DNA from: Flaccisagitta enflata
Taxonomy: Eukaryota
NCBI GenBank assembly: GCA_965153355.1
Contig: OZ231126.1
Coordinates: 39,370,001-39,434,000, forward strand
Direction of reading: 5' to 3'
DNA length: 64,000 nucleotides
Of the stretch, positions 40,714-52,732 are shown one piece after another. Each line of letters opens with the position of its first letter. The first letter of the stretch is position 1. A program made the translations under genes and the position numbers. The notes under the pieces are model-generated. The model made no database searches. It saw only the letters and a program-made list of their open reading frames with translations, and was not told where the DNA came from.

Positions 40714-42488
40714 AATAACAATTTCAGTGTGAAGGATGTGGAGGAGGAAGAGAAAGAGGAAGAAGATTCGATGTGTGAGTCTCGAGAATTAGGGAGGGAA
40801 GCTGGAAGCAGCCGAAGCCATCTTAGGAGTTGGTATTCGATCTTTGAAAATAATTCACTTGAGAAAATGACTTATATCATGAGATTTAAAAGCCGAATTT
40901 ATTATATTTCCATTATATCCTCCGGAATGAGAATGTTTAAGCGGCGATCTTTAGGCGAAATCATTGTAGACAGGTTGAAATCCAGGAAATGAAGTGATTT
41001 TGTCAAAAGAAAGAATGTCTGATCTTGAGCCTTGTTTACGCATCGAGAGTGAGAGAAAGACTAACGAACGCAGGCCAGTGGCTGATGCGACGGTGCTGAC
41101 TTATATCAAGACTAGCGGAAGAAAATCAAACTAAATTATGATTTTTTAGGTGATAAACAAAAGGCTAGCTAGAAATATACACAAAATAGAGGTGAGGCTG
41201 ATATTTTTCTGACAACAAAGGATAAGAACCAATAGGAACGCCTATCGCCGATAAGAAATAAGTCCTAAACCTGGGATTTCTCTCCTTGTTTTTTTTTGCA
41301 TCATACTCACATGCATTGTTGGAAATTCAAACTACGTAGCATTAACTTTTCTATAAAAGCTGCTACACTTATATACACTGCCGGTTTTACTGGCAAATTA
41401 GTCAAAAACTACATTTTTTAAAATTTTGCTAAGTTTTAGCTAGTTTTTAACCTGTTTAGAGCCAGTTTTTTACCAGGAAGCTTTCTCCAACCCATCACTG
41501 CTCTCACTTTATTGCTAGCACGCACTAGTGCATTGCACAGTTAGATGTTAGAAGTAAGAAGTTAGCATCCAGGAAATTGTAAAGTTCAAATGGATTTTAA
41601 GAAACTAAGATCTCATTTTCGACCAAAAAAAACAAGGCCAAGTAACCGGGTGAGCATAAAATTTCGTACTTGCCTACTTGGTCTGTAGCTTGAAAACTAT
41701 ATTTGTTATGGGAGTCATGACCTAAAATTTGAACCAGAGTATCTCAGTTAGTCATGCTAAAACTAGAAACTAAGAACAGCTCATAAAATTTCCATACATA
41801 GAAAAAATAGAAAATTTGATTTTGACATGATTTTATTTGCAGAGCTGTTTTTATTCAAAAAGGATGGTTGTTGCAACTTTTATGGCCCCTAGATAGAATG
41901 TTTCAGAATAAATGTATCAAGGTGGAGATAGTTAGGTCATCTAGGAGGAGATTCAATTAACAAAAGTGATATATCAATCAAATTTAGACAAAAGATGCAT
42001 GTTTTTTCACCAAAACAGAAATCTGTTGTGACTTTCTACTTATGTCCCTGTTGGTCTAAACATGTATTTGGCTGTCTACCATTCATCTTTTTTCATTATC
42101 TAAAGTATGAAAAATAACCTAGTTTTTAATTTTGAATATTAACTTGAAAGAATTTCTCCAAATACAGGAATCTTTTCTGTAGATATGATGGCCAGTACGA
42201 GATTTTTTGCACACCCTGTTAGGCCAACGATGCGTCCTCTATGAATGAATGTTTTTCATGAATGAATGTTTTTTATGAATGAATAAATTATGAATGAATA
42301 AATGATTCATTGAATGAATTAGTAGATGTATGCTTCTTTTACTGGGTCAGGACCACTTTACTGCATGAATTCAATGTTTTTAATGAATGCGTTACCCAAC
42401 CGACAGACCGACCATGCGACCAACCAAAGGACAGAGCTTATTAAAGAGATGCGAGAATAAATAAATACAAAAATAAATAAATAAATAA

Positions 42489-42712
42489 AACAAGGCCGGA
42501 TACACGGCTACCCCAGTCGCGTGCGGGTGGGCAGGGGCTGTATTTGAGGTCACTTGATCATTTGGGCAGGAGCAGTGAGGCCAAATACCGCAAAAACCCC
42601 AAAAAAAAGTAAGTGTGACGGACGGACCGACGGACGGACCGACGGACCGACGGACCGACGGACCGACGGACGGACCGACAAAGCGGGGTGTAGAGTCGCG
42701 TAGCACGCGACT
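42489..42712 (-). mobile_element. Short HINE, near-intact
   Basis: AACAAGGCCGGATACACGGCTACCCCAGTCGCGTGC ... (GGACCGAC)n ... AGTCGCGTAGCACGCGACT. Confidence 0.88.
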
Positions 42713-42795
42713 AAAAATAGATAAATAAATGAAAAAAGAAAAAGAAATAAAGTGGAAAAAAAACGAAAAAAAATATGAGAGAATTATTACTAAAA

Positions 42796-42856
42796 ATGAT
42801 GATGATGGTGATGATTCTGATGATGATGACGTGGATGATGATGATGATGATGATGC

Positions 42857-42900
<44 letters not shown>

Positions 42901-43004
42901 CTGATGATGATGAATATGATGATAATGATGATGATGATATTGATGCTGATGATGATGATGAGGAGGAGGAGGATGATGGTGATGATGATGGTGACGACGA
43001 AGGC

Positions 43005-43061
<57 letters not shown>
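42796..43061. repeat. Imperfect (GAT)n tract; others at ~45061-45130, 47462-47725, 59812-59868
   Basis: Direct reading. Confidence 0.95.
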
Positions 43062-43860
43062 CAAATCAAATCAAATCAAACGAGTTATTTCCCAACATGA
43101 ACAGTGGTTAAATAAGACAATATGCATTATGGTCGGGGAGGACCAAACCTAGGCCCTGAATGTCTAAGTCTATTTATGTTACAATTTTCAAGTAAATTCT
43201 ACGACGGGCTTGTTCTAAACGGCCCTCTTAGTGCATGAGAGCAAATGTTAAGTGACATTTAAGTAGTGAAACACAAAAATAGGATAAATTACACAAAAAC
43301 GTACGAGTACGTTAAACAAGGAATAATTAACGAACTAAAATGAAATAAATAGATACAGGATGGTAAATGCTACCATTTTACAACAAATATTGAGTATGCT
43401 GGTCTAGATGTAAGGCCTCGATCTTCGCGACTTTTTTGCTTCAGATTTTCGGTTGATTGATGTCAAAGCCATGGGTTCCTGATGAAAAGGAGAAAAAGAA
43501 AAGCCAGAGAGAGCTCTGCCAAGGAGAATCCCCTACTCCCTAGAATAGCAACTCTGCGCAAAAAACGACTTTTTGATCCCGGGTTAGGAATAAATGTTTC
43601 CCTTTTCGCATGGGATGTTTTGAGGAAGTTGAGGAGCGTCTTGGCTCGCCCAAGGCTGGGGTTGAAATTGGTACAGTGTGAAAGAGGGCACTTTTTTACA
43701 CCTTCTGGAAAAAAGCAGGGCACTGTCGGACCAATACTTTAGGCGCTATGAATTTTTAAGTCTTTTTTATTATTTCACATTTTCCGCATTTCTCAAAGAT
43801 CAATATTTTTTATCGATCTCAATTTAGGGCCCTATGAAACAACAAAAATGAGTTCAAAAG

Positions 43861-44357
43861 AGGGCAGAGGGAGGGAGGGAGAGGGAGGGAGTGAGAGGGA
43901 GGGAGAAGGAGGGAGAGAGAGGGAGGGAGAGGGAGGGAGGGAGGGAGAGGGAGAGAGGGAGGGAGAGGGAGGGAGAGGGAAGGAGGGAGAGGGAAGGAGG
44001 GAGGGAGAGAGAGGGAGGGACAAAGGGAGTGAGAGGCAGCGGGAGGGAGGGAGAGGGAAAGAGGGAGAGAGAGGGAGGGAGGGGGAGAGGGAAGGAGGGG
44101 GAGGGAGGGAGGGAGAGAGAGGGAGGGAGGGGGAGGGAGAGGCAGGGAGAGGGAAGGAGGGAGAAGGGGAGGGAAAGGGAGGGAGGGAGAGAGAGAGAGA
44201 GAGAAGGAGGGAGAGAGGGAGGGAGGGAGAGAAAGGGAGAAAGAGAGAGGGAGGGAAAGGGAGGGAGAGAGAGGGAAAGACAGAGGGAGAGAGAGGGAGA
44301 CAGACGGAGGGAGAGAGAGGGAGAGAGAGGAAGGAAGAGGGAGGGGAGGGAAAGAGA
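43861..44357. repeat. ~500-bp G/A purine tract of GGGA/GGGAGA units
   Basis: Almost pure purine on the + strand with many GGG runs. Confidence 0.9.
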
Positions 44358-44360
44358 AAA

Positions 44361-44863
44361 AACAGGTCGCCCAAGGGCAATACGTGGTCAGCGATACCCG
44401 TTGCCCTGCTTTGCATTATTGTAAATCGGAATGAGAGGCAGGGCAGCAGCCCCGAAGGGGACGAAGTCCTGTAGAACACAGGAGACTTTCTTTCGTTCAT
44501 TTGTCCATCCGTTTGTCCATTCGTCCATTCGTCCATTCGTCTGCCCCCCGACCCTCTCAGGCCTGAAAATTGGCCTGCCAGGCCTAAAATCTGCCCTCTT
44601 AAGCCTGAAATCTGCCTTCTCAGGCCCTCAGTCTGAGAGAGCAGATTTCAGGCCTGAGAGGGCAGATTCAAGCCTGAGAGGACAGATTTCAGGCCTGAAA
44701 GGCCAAATTTTAGACCTGAGAGGGCAGATTCAAGGCCTGATAGGGCAGATTTCAGGCCTGAGAAGGAAGATTTTAGGCCTGAGAGGGCAGATTTCAGGCC
44801 TGAGAGGGCCTAGGGGGGGGACGAACAAACGGACAAACGAACGGACAAACGAACGAACGAAAG
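44361..44863 (-). mobile_element. Long HINE-like element A2, palindromic variant, 5' end lost
   Basis: Reverse A2 tail and arm; 21-bp repeats flip near ~44630; distal (GACGAAC)-like arm truncated at a microsatellite. Confidence 0.78.
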
Positions 44864-44889
44864 AGTCAGACAGACAGACAGACAGACAA

Positions 44890-44969
<80 letters not shown>

Positions 44970-45234
44970 GCGCGAATATAATGAGGAGAGGGAAGGAACT
45001 GAACAAAACAAAAACAATCTTACGATTTTTTTCCGGTCAGCGAGAGCCGCCTTTACTGGTAATGATGATGATGATGATGAAGATGATGATGATGATGATG
45101 AAGATGATGATGCCGATGATGATGATGACAGCGACAAGCAGAATTAGAAGGAGAGTGGTTGCAGAAGAGGAAGTAACAGATGTTAGAAGAATATGAGGAA
45201 GAAGGAGGAGAACGCGAAAAGAAAGAAAAGATAA

Positions 45235-45496
45235 AATCAAAAGCGTCTGATGGTCAGCGGAACCCGTTGCCTTCAACTCAATGATAGTGTATATTTTGAT
45301 AGTTGAAATTTGAAGATGGGATTTAAATTTTGAGGCTTGTATTTGAGCGTCCTGGCTTAAGTTTGAGCCTCCAGAGTGGGGTTTGACCCTTGAGATTTGA
45401 GCCTCAAGGCTAAAATTTGGACAGACAGAGAAGATGGATTAATTTTCCAACATATGAATGCATAGGTCATCGGTCGCTCTAGCCTAGGGCCGCTGT
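45235..45496 (-). mobile_element. Highly degenerate A1 element
   Basis: AAAAGCGTCTGATGGTCAGCGGAACCCGTTGCC and GCATAGGTCATCGG..GGGCCGCTG remnants. Confidence 0.6.
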
Positions 45497-46136
45497 TGAG
45501 AGGAGATAAAAAAAGAAATTGAAAAAGAAGGAAGACATTAGTGAATGAAGAAAAGGAAGAGAAGGAAGAGGAGGAGTACCCGCTTAAACAGAGGAAAAAG
45601 AGTGAGTTTTCGTTTTGACATCGACCCTGGATTTTGGTTGGGTTTACTTTTACATTTTCCGGGTACTTAATTTCTTCTCATCCAAATTTTTGTTTTAAGT
45701 TTAATTTACGCGTGTCATCCAAAAAGTGGAGGTGTATACGGCTGTCTGCTCAACAGATTAATAAAGAACACGTCTCAGAAAGGAAGAAAGAAAGAAAGTT
45801 AAAAAAAATTGATGATTATATTTATAGATAAACAATCTTAGCTGCTGAACAGGAGTAGTCCGACCTTAAAAACTGAAGCAATCTGAGTTTACAAAAAACA
45901 CCACTCTGAGCTAACAAGCAGAGGTGAAGCTAAGAAACATAAGCAATCCATTAGTCATCGATCATGAATCATTTTTTTCGATCCTCCTTAAAACTCAGCG
46001 AACCTCAAATACAACGTTATTCAAAAAGGTTCGCATCGTGCAAACGTGCATCCGCTTGGGTGCGTGAATTATGTGCCCATTTCGCCATTTCTTGAGTAAA
46101 AAGTCTTGCAATGCAACAAACGCGTAATCCGTTTTT

Positions 46137-46316
46137 AGTCGCGGACACGCGACTTTGTAAGTCACTTTTCTGTCCATTCATCGGTCCATTGGTGGGTCCG
46201 TAACATTTGGTGATTTAGCGCGTTTTTTTGCCTCGCCGCTACTGCCAGAGTTCTTGACTGGCCCCTACACCATCACACTGCACCTGCCCACCTATTGTCG
46301 AGTATCTGGCCTTGTT
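46137..46316 (+). mobile_element. Short HINE
   Basis: AGTCGCGGACACGCGACT ... GTATCTGGCCTTGTT. Confidence 0.75.
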
Positions 46317-46658
46317 TGTTGCAGAACCGCGGCTCCATAAGGTGCTTTCTCCGTAGGTCCGTCGCGTTGGTCCGTCACGTTCGAATTGATAAGTGTAACA
46401 CCCTTTCGCAACGATTTTGTCGCCGTGGACCATGCGTGTTCAAAATCCAACAAACATTTTGGTTGTTTCGTCAGTGACGGATCGTCACTCAACTCATTTC
46501 GCGCTATCCCGTCCGAGACAAAATATTTATGCCGCCACTGTTATGTTAGCCTGTAATCACCTAAAAATTTTAAAAGTCAACTTTCCAAGAAATTCTTTAC
46601 AGTTTTTGAATAAAAAGCTTTACTAACTTGGAAGTACTCGGCAGACAAGAGAGAGAGA

Positions 46659-46729
<71 letters not shown>

Positions 46730-47505
46730 TGCTTGATTCAACATGCAAAAAAAAAAGCCTTGCATGGATGGTCCAACAGTCAGTTCAACGGACCGGCGAA
46801 CCAATGGACGGACAAAGTTTCTCAAAGAGATACGAGGATGCATCTAAAAGGTAGAGGATGTGACCATCAAAGTCAGTCATAAAACTCATTACCGTTGATA
46901 ATGACAGAAAGCAACTGTTTAATGCACAAACTGTAAATAATGCCATGAACACTAGTTGCATTTATGATTGGATACTATGGCACTCCATCTGTTCATATTA
47001 AAAACAAAACAAACAGAAACAAACGAAAACAAACAAAATAAACAAAAACAAACAAAAACAAATAAAATAAGCAAAGACAAACAAAACAAACAAAACAAAA
47101 ACAAACAAAAACAAACAAACAAAAACAAAAACAGTGGTTGTTTCCAGCTTGGCAGGGGAACTGAGTGTGTCCCAGCACTGCTTTTATTGACCGTCGTTCT
47201 GACTTATTTTCTTTTGGAGAGAGAAGACACAAAACAGGCCTACGCAATTAATTCGAAGGCCCATTGAAATTTCTTTCTGTCTGCTTGTTTCTCTGTCTCT
47301 GTGTCTATCCATGCTTCTCACTTCTTTTTTGATCATTCCTAAATTCTGCCAAAGCACCTCTATAACTGGCTGTGTCCGTCTGTCTGTTGGTCTGTTTCTA
47401 AAGCATTCATGCGACGATCCACACGGCGCATCTTATTTGCCTACTTGCCCTTGTCAAACAGGATGATGGTAATAATGACGACGACGATGATGATTATGAT
47501 TCAAT

Positions 47506-47539
<34 letters not shown>

Positions 47540-47540
47540 A

Positions 47541-47591
<51 letters not shown>

Positions 47592-47656
47592 ATGATGATG
47601 ATAATGATGATGACGATGATGATGATGACGATGATGATGTTAATGATGATGATGCC

Positions 47657-47724
<68 letters not shown>

Positions 47725-47775
47725 CGAAGATAAAGATCATTGGAAAAAAATCGAAAAAAACGTTTTTCGATTTTT

Positions 47776-48265
47776 AGTCGCGTGCACGCGACTCTACACC
47801 TTACCGTGTCGGTCGGTCGGTCGGTCGGTCGGTCGGTAGGTCCGTCCGTCCGTCCGTCACATTGTTAAAATTATGACTTTTTAGGGTCTTTAAAGGTAAT
47901 CTAAGGTACTCTTGGGTATTTCAGGGTACTTTAGGGTACTTTAGGGTACTTTAGTGTACTTCAGGGTACTTAAGTTATTCTAGGTACTTAGGGTACTTTA
48001 GGGTACTTTCAGATATTTTTAGATATTTTTGACTAATTCAGGGTATTTTTGGGTATTTTTGGGTATTTTTCGGTATTTTTGGGTATTTTTGGGTACTTCT
48101 GGGTATTTTTGGGTATTTTTTGGTATTGTATGTATCAGTATTGTACCAATATCGATATCGTATCAATATTGTATCGACATATTGACATATCGCACAGCCT
48201 TGGGGGAGGAAATCTTTCGTTTGTCATATCCTGACGCACGCGACTGTTGCCCTCTTGGGCTTGTT
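47776..48265 (+). mobile_element. HINE with an expanded 10-bp (GGGTACTTTA/GGGTATTTTT) array
   Basis: AGTCGCGTGCACGCGACT, (GGTC)n(GTCC)n, 3' GCACGCGACT, hairpin GCCC-TCTT-GGGC, TTGTT. Confidence 0.82.
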
Positions 48266-48634
48266 TAGTTCCGCTGAGGAATTAAGATTTTTCTTTTTCA
48301 CTTGAGCTAATTTGGGAAAGTTTGTACACGGCAAAGCTGGCTCAAGGCAGGGGTTATTTTAATACAGGGTGCAAGAGGGAATTATTTTACACCTTCTGAA
48401 ACAAAGCAGAGCGCAAATGCAAATAGATTTTGAATCAAAACTTGTAAAATATACATAGCTTGAGAGATTTTTAAGCAATTTGTATAAAAATTAGTGATTT
48501 GAGCATGCTTACAGTTCTAAGAGACATACCAACTAACCAACTAATAAGTTAGTAAGGACCAATATAGGATAACTTTCGTAAGCATTACTCTCTCTCTTCT
48601 CTCTCTCTTTCTTTGTCTTTCTCTTTCTTTTTTT

Positions 48635-48674
<40 letters not shown>

Positions 48675-48675
48675 C

Positions 48676-48905
48676 AGTTGCAGACACACATCATACAACT
48701 CTATAAGAGTTTTTGTCTATCCATTCATTCGTGGGTTCTTTGGTCTGTCAGTCCGTCTGTGCAGATCAAGTCGAAAAGTGGAAAAACGAGTGTTTTAAGT
48801 ACTTTTTTATGAATGTTTGTGTTGGGTGGGTGTTGGGGTGTGGATAGGCGTCAAATCCCCCTTCCTACCCATTTGCAACGATATTGTGACCCGTTGTCAC
48901 TTGTT
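48676..48905 (+). mobile_element. Short HINE, subfamily C, diverged
   Basis: Homologous to 13178-13398. Confidence 0.72.
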
Positions 48906-49408
48906 TTCTTTTTCTTTCTCACTCCAACTCCAACAAAATACCCTATAGGGGTTGTCGCATTGGGCGTAATATCGAGGTTTTATCTAGATATTTCCTATAT
49001 AATATCTCGATAATTCTCCCAACGCGAAAACCCCTTTAGTCATACAGCAAGGTCGAGAAAAAAATTTTTTTTTCAGTCACTTTTTTATCAATTTTTTTCA
49101 TCTAAAAGTCCAGTATGAACAGACTGGGCCGTAGGACCCTTATGAAGGCAGATCGGCTACCAACAGCAGGGACTGGCTTCATTCATCATAACAACAAGAT
49201 TTGCCAAGTTTCATGACCATATGATCAATTTTACTCATGGCCGCCACCCCCCCTAAAATCCCAGCATGAGGGTTGTTGTGGTAAAAATTCCAACTTTGGG
49301 TCACTTTGGCCTCAAAATTAGGCCCCTTTGAATTTTAATTTTGACCTAAAATCCATGAGATTATAAAACTAGAGCTCAAGAGCTAACTAGTGGTGCAATC
49401 CGCATGTT

Positions 49409-50097
49409 GGGCAGCGGCCCCGAAGGGGACGAAGTCCTGTAGAACACAGGGGAACTTTCGTTCGTCCGTCCGTCCGTCCGTTCGTTCGTCTGTTCGTTAG
49501 TCCCCCCCCCCTTCATCAGACCCCTCAGGCCTCAAATCTGGCCTCTCAGGCCTCAAATCCAGCCTCTCAGGTCTCAAATCCAGCCTCTCAGGTCTCAACT
49601 CTGGCCTCTTGGGCCTCAAATCTGGTCTCTCAGGCCTCAAATCTGGCCTCTCAGGCCTCAAATCTGGCTTCTCAGGCCTCAAATACAAATTCTCAGGCCT
49701 CAAACCTGGCCTCTCATGCCTCAAATTAGGCCTCTCAGGCCTCAAATCAGCCATCTAAACCTCAATTTATTGCTCCCAGGTTTCAAATCAGTCCTCTGGC
49801 CTTTCAAGCCTTAATCCAGCACTCTCAAGCCTCAAGTCAGCCCTCTCAAGCTTCCAATCGGCATTCTTAGGCCTTATATCAGCCTTCTTAGACTTCTTAG
49901 GCTCTTGAATGCCTTCAGTCAGCCCTCTATAGCATCTCATCCACTTCTTCAGGTAGGACGAACGAAAGTCCCCCTGTGTTCTACAGGACTTCGTCCCCTT
50001 CGGGGCCGCTGCCCTGCTTCCCCTCACTCCAATTCACAATCACTCAAAGCAGGGCAACGGGTATCGCTGACCACATATTGCCCTTGGGCGACCTGTT
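49409..50097 (+). mobile_element. Long HINE-like element A2, inserted in the left foldback arm
   Basis: Near-identical to 12189-12813; empty site in the right arm at ~54620-54635. Confidence 0.92.
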
Positions 50098-50775
50098 TTT
50101 ATCTTAATTTGTTGAGATTTGAGAGCATTTCAAAGATGAAAGGGTATGAGGGTCAAATTGCATCCTACTTTCAGTGGCAATTTTGACATTTTTCACAGAT
50201 TTGAATATATTTTGGCTTTGAATGGACCAATCTGCATGAAATTGGTGATCAAAATAAAGAGTTTTTGCTGCTCTAGCTGATGGTAAAAAAATTTTGATCG
50301 ATTTTGCCCTCAATTTTTTTTATTGACTGTAGAAGCAGGTGTAAAAAAGTCAATTTTCTTGAAAATTGAGCAATTTTTGACAAAAAATAAGACTGCTTCC
50401 ACTTTTAAAAAAGACTTAAAATCCATGAGCAAAATAAAGAGCTGCTCAAGAGCTAACTAGTGGTGCAATCGGCATGTCAAAATGTTTTTGCATTTAGATT
50501 TTACAGAGCTTCAAAGATCAAAGGGTATGTCAATAAGACCATTTATGGTCACTTTGGCCGTTGTGGCCTCAATATGGGGTTACTTTGCTGTAGAATTCCA
50601 TAAAAAAATCTGTGAGATTATAAAACTAGAGCTCAAGAGCTAATCAGTGGTGCAATCCGCATATTTTTATCTTAGTTTGTTAAGATTTTATAGCATTTCA
50701 AAGATGAAAGGGTAGGAAGGTCAAATTGCAGCTTAAATTTCAAAGGCGATTATGACACTTTTCACTAATGTCAAT

Positions 50776-51295
50776 TGTGCCCGCTCGCTCCCTTTCTTAC
50801 TAACCGGAGTAGTAGTGACGACGCAGTTAACGGTCTGAAATAATTTATTAGCAATCATAAGTAATCATTAACAACTTAAGCAATGAGCAGTAATAATTGG
50901 CAATCTGCATTAGTACACCAATTTACATCTTTACAAAGCTTAGTACCTGAAACTTCAACTCATTTCGGCATTCAGGGAACCAGAGGGTAAGTAATGCTAA
51001 TCAATTCATCATTAATCTGCAAAGGATGGAAAAAGAGTAACATTAGTAGGCTTACTTACTCCTAATCGCGAATAAACAATGAGAGCGAAGGAATAAAGAT
51101 GAGCGAATGGACTAAACAGCAGGTAAACGCTCTTATAAAGAAATTCTCTCGGCATGTATCATCAATTCCAGCTCCGTTTCCGTTCGATTCGAAGCGGTGA
51201 ACTACTAATAGAGGGCATTGCTAAAAGGGTAAGTTTTAGAGGCAAAGTAAGGTCATAAAACAAATGAACAGTGCTTGCTCACGCGAGCCCGCACA
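50776..51295 (-). mobile_element. Solo LTR (520 bp)
   Basis: TGTGCCCGCTCGC ... GCGAGCCCGCACA (TG..CA, imperfect IR); perfect 5-bp TSD TCAAT; strand inferred from TATA-like (~51134) and AATAAA (~50845) on the minus strand. Confidence 0.8.
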
Positions 51296-51821
51296 TCAAT
51301 ATTTCTTGGCAAAAAAAGGTAAAAAGATGCGAATTGCGCGAATGGTTAGCTCTTGAGCTCTAGTTTTATATTCTCATGGATTTTGGGTCAAATTTCAGAA
51401 GCAAAGTGGCCAAATTTTGAGCCCAAAATGACAAAAATTACCAAAACTTTCATTTTATCATACCCACTGTTCTTCAAAGCTCTAATAAATCTATATGCTT
51501 CAACATATTGAGATGCCGATTGCACCACTGGTTAGCTCTTGAGCTGTAGTTTGATTTGCTCATGAATTTCTTGTCTTCTTCTAGCTCGGAAGCACCAAAA
51601 TTTTGTGACAAAAGTAACCAAATGGGCAAAACAATAGTCTTTTTAGCACCTGCTTCTACAGTCTCCAAAACATTTTGAGGGTCATATTGATCAAAAATTT
51701 TACCAGAATCAGTTAGAGCATCAAAAAATCTTCAATTTGGTCACCAATTTTATCCATAATTGTCCATTCAAAGCCGAGATATATCAAAAAATGTAAAAAT
51801 TGTCAAATTTGACCAGTAAAA

Positions 51822-52409
51822 TAACACCTGTGCCACAATTATTGTCAAAAGATCAAACAACTGTCAAATCCAAACGAAGCTTATTGACTAAATGCAATTT
51901 TTTTCACCAGTTAGAGCTTTAAAAACCCTTCATTTTGCTTATGAATTTTGCTTAAATTGCTTCATGCAGAATCGAAAAAGATTAAAAACAATACAAACAT
52001 TCCCCACGGAAATCACTGCAAAATTACCAAGAAAACCTCATCAACTTCAAATGTTTACCAAATCTATATAATGATAGATAATCAGATGCGGATTTCACGA
52101 CTAAAAAGCTTATGAAAAGTTATTTATTTTGCTCATGGATTTTGATTGAATTTTTAAAAATGAAGGTTTTCAAAATTCAAGACAAAGTTATGAAAAAATT
52201 GAGACTTAAATGTTGTTAGTTAGTGGTCACCTTGTGTTAAAGATATAAATAAGCAACCAAAATCGGCCAATTATAAAAATTTATTCAAAATACATCAGAA
52301 GAAACATTACTAATATCCAACTCTAGGGATTCATATTGTTTCTCAACACCAGTGATGATGTATCTACAGTTGTAATACTTCCTTGACAATAATTGTGGCA
52401 CAGGTGTTA
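51822..52409. mobile_element. TIR element with a perfect 27-bp inverted repeat
   Basis: TAACACCTGTGCCACAATTATTGTCAA (51822-51848) / TTGACAATAATTGTGGCACAGGTGTTA (52383-52409); ends read ATAA and TTAA. Confidence 0.75.
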
Positions 52410-52732
52410 ACCCTCATACCCTTCCATCTTTGAAATGCACTCAAACTTAAACGAAAAATGATAGCAACATGCGGATTGTACCACTGGTTAGCTCTTGAGC
52501 TCTAGTTTTATAATCTCACAGATTTTTCTATCAATTTCTGCGGCAAAGTGAACCCAAATTGAGGCCAAAACGGCCAAAACGGCCAAAGTGACCATGAATG
52601 GTCATTTTGACATACTCCTTGATCTTTGAAGTTCTGTAAAATCTAAATGCAAAAACATATTGACATGCCGATTGCACCACTAGTTAGCTCTTGAGCAGCT
52701 CTTTATTTTGCTCATGGATTTTAAGTCTTTTT

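Noticed and set aside
41370-42220. Possible Tc1-like element (TACACTG start, CACCCTG end); related ends at ~43672 and ~48363
   Set aside because: I could not pair the termini as matching TIRs, so no boundaries can be given.
42729-43152. Poly-Asp, poly-Met or poly-Ile ORFs (also 47409-47777 and poly-Arg 40579-40992)
   Set aside because: Trinucleotide microsatellites flanked by TE fragments, with no coding context.
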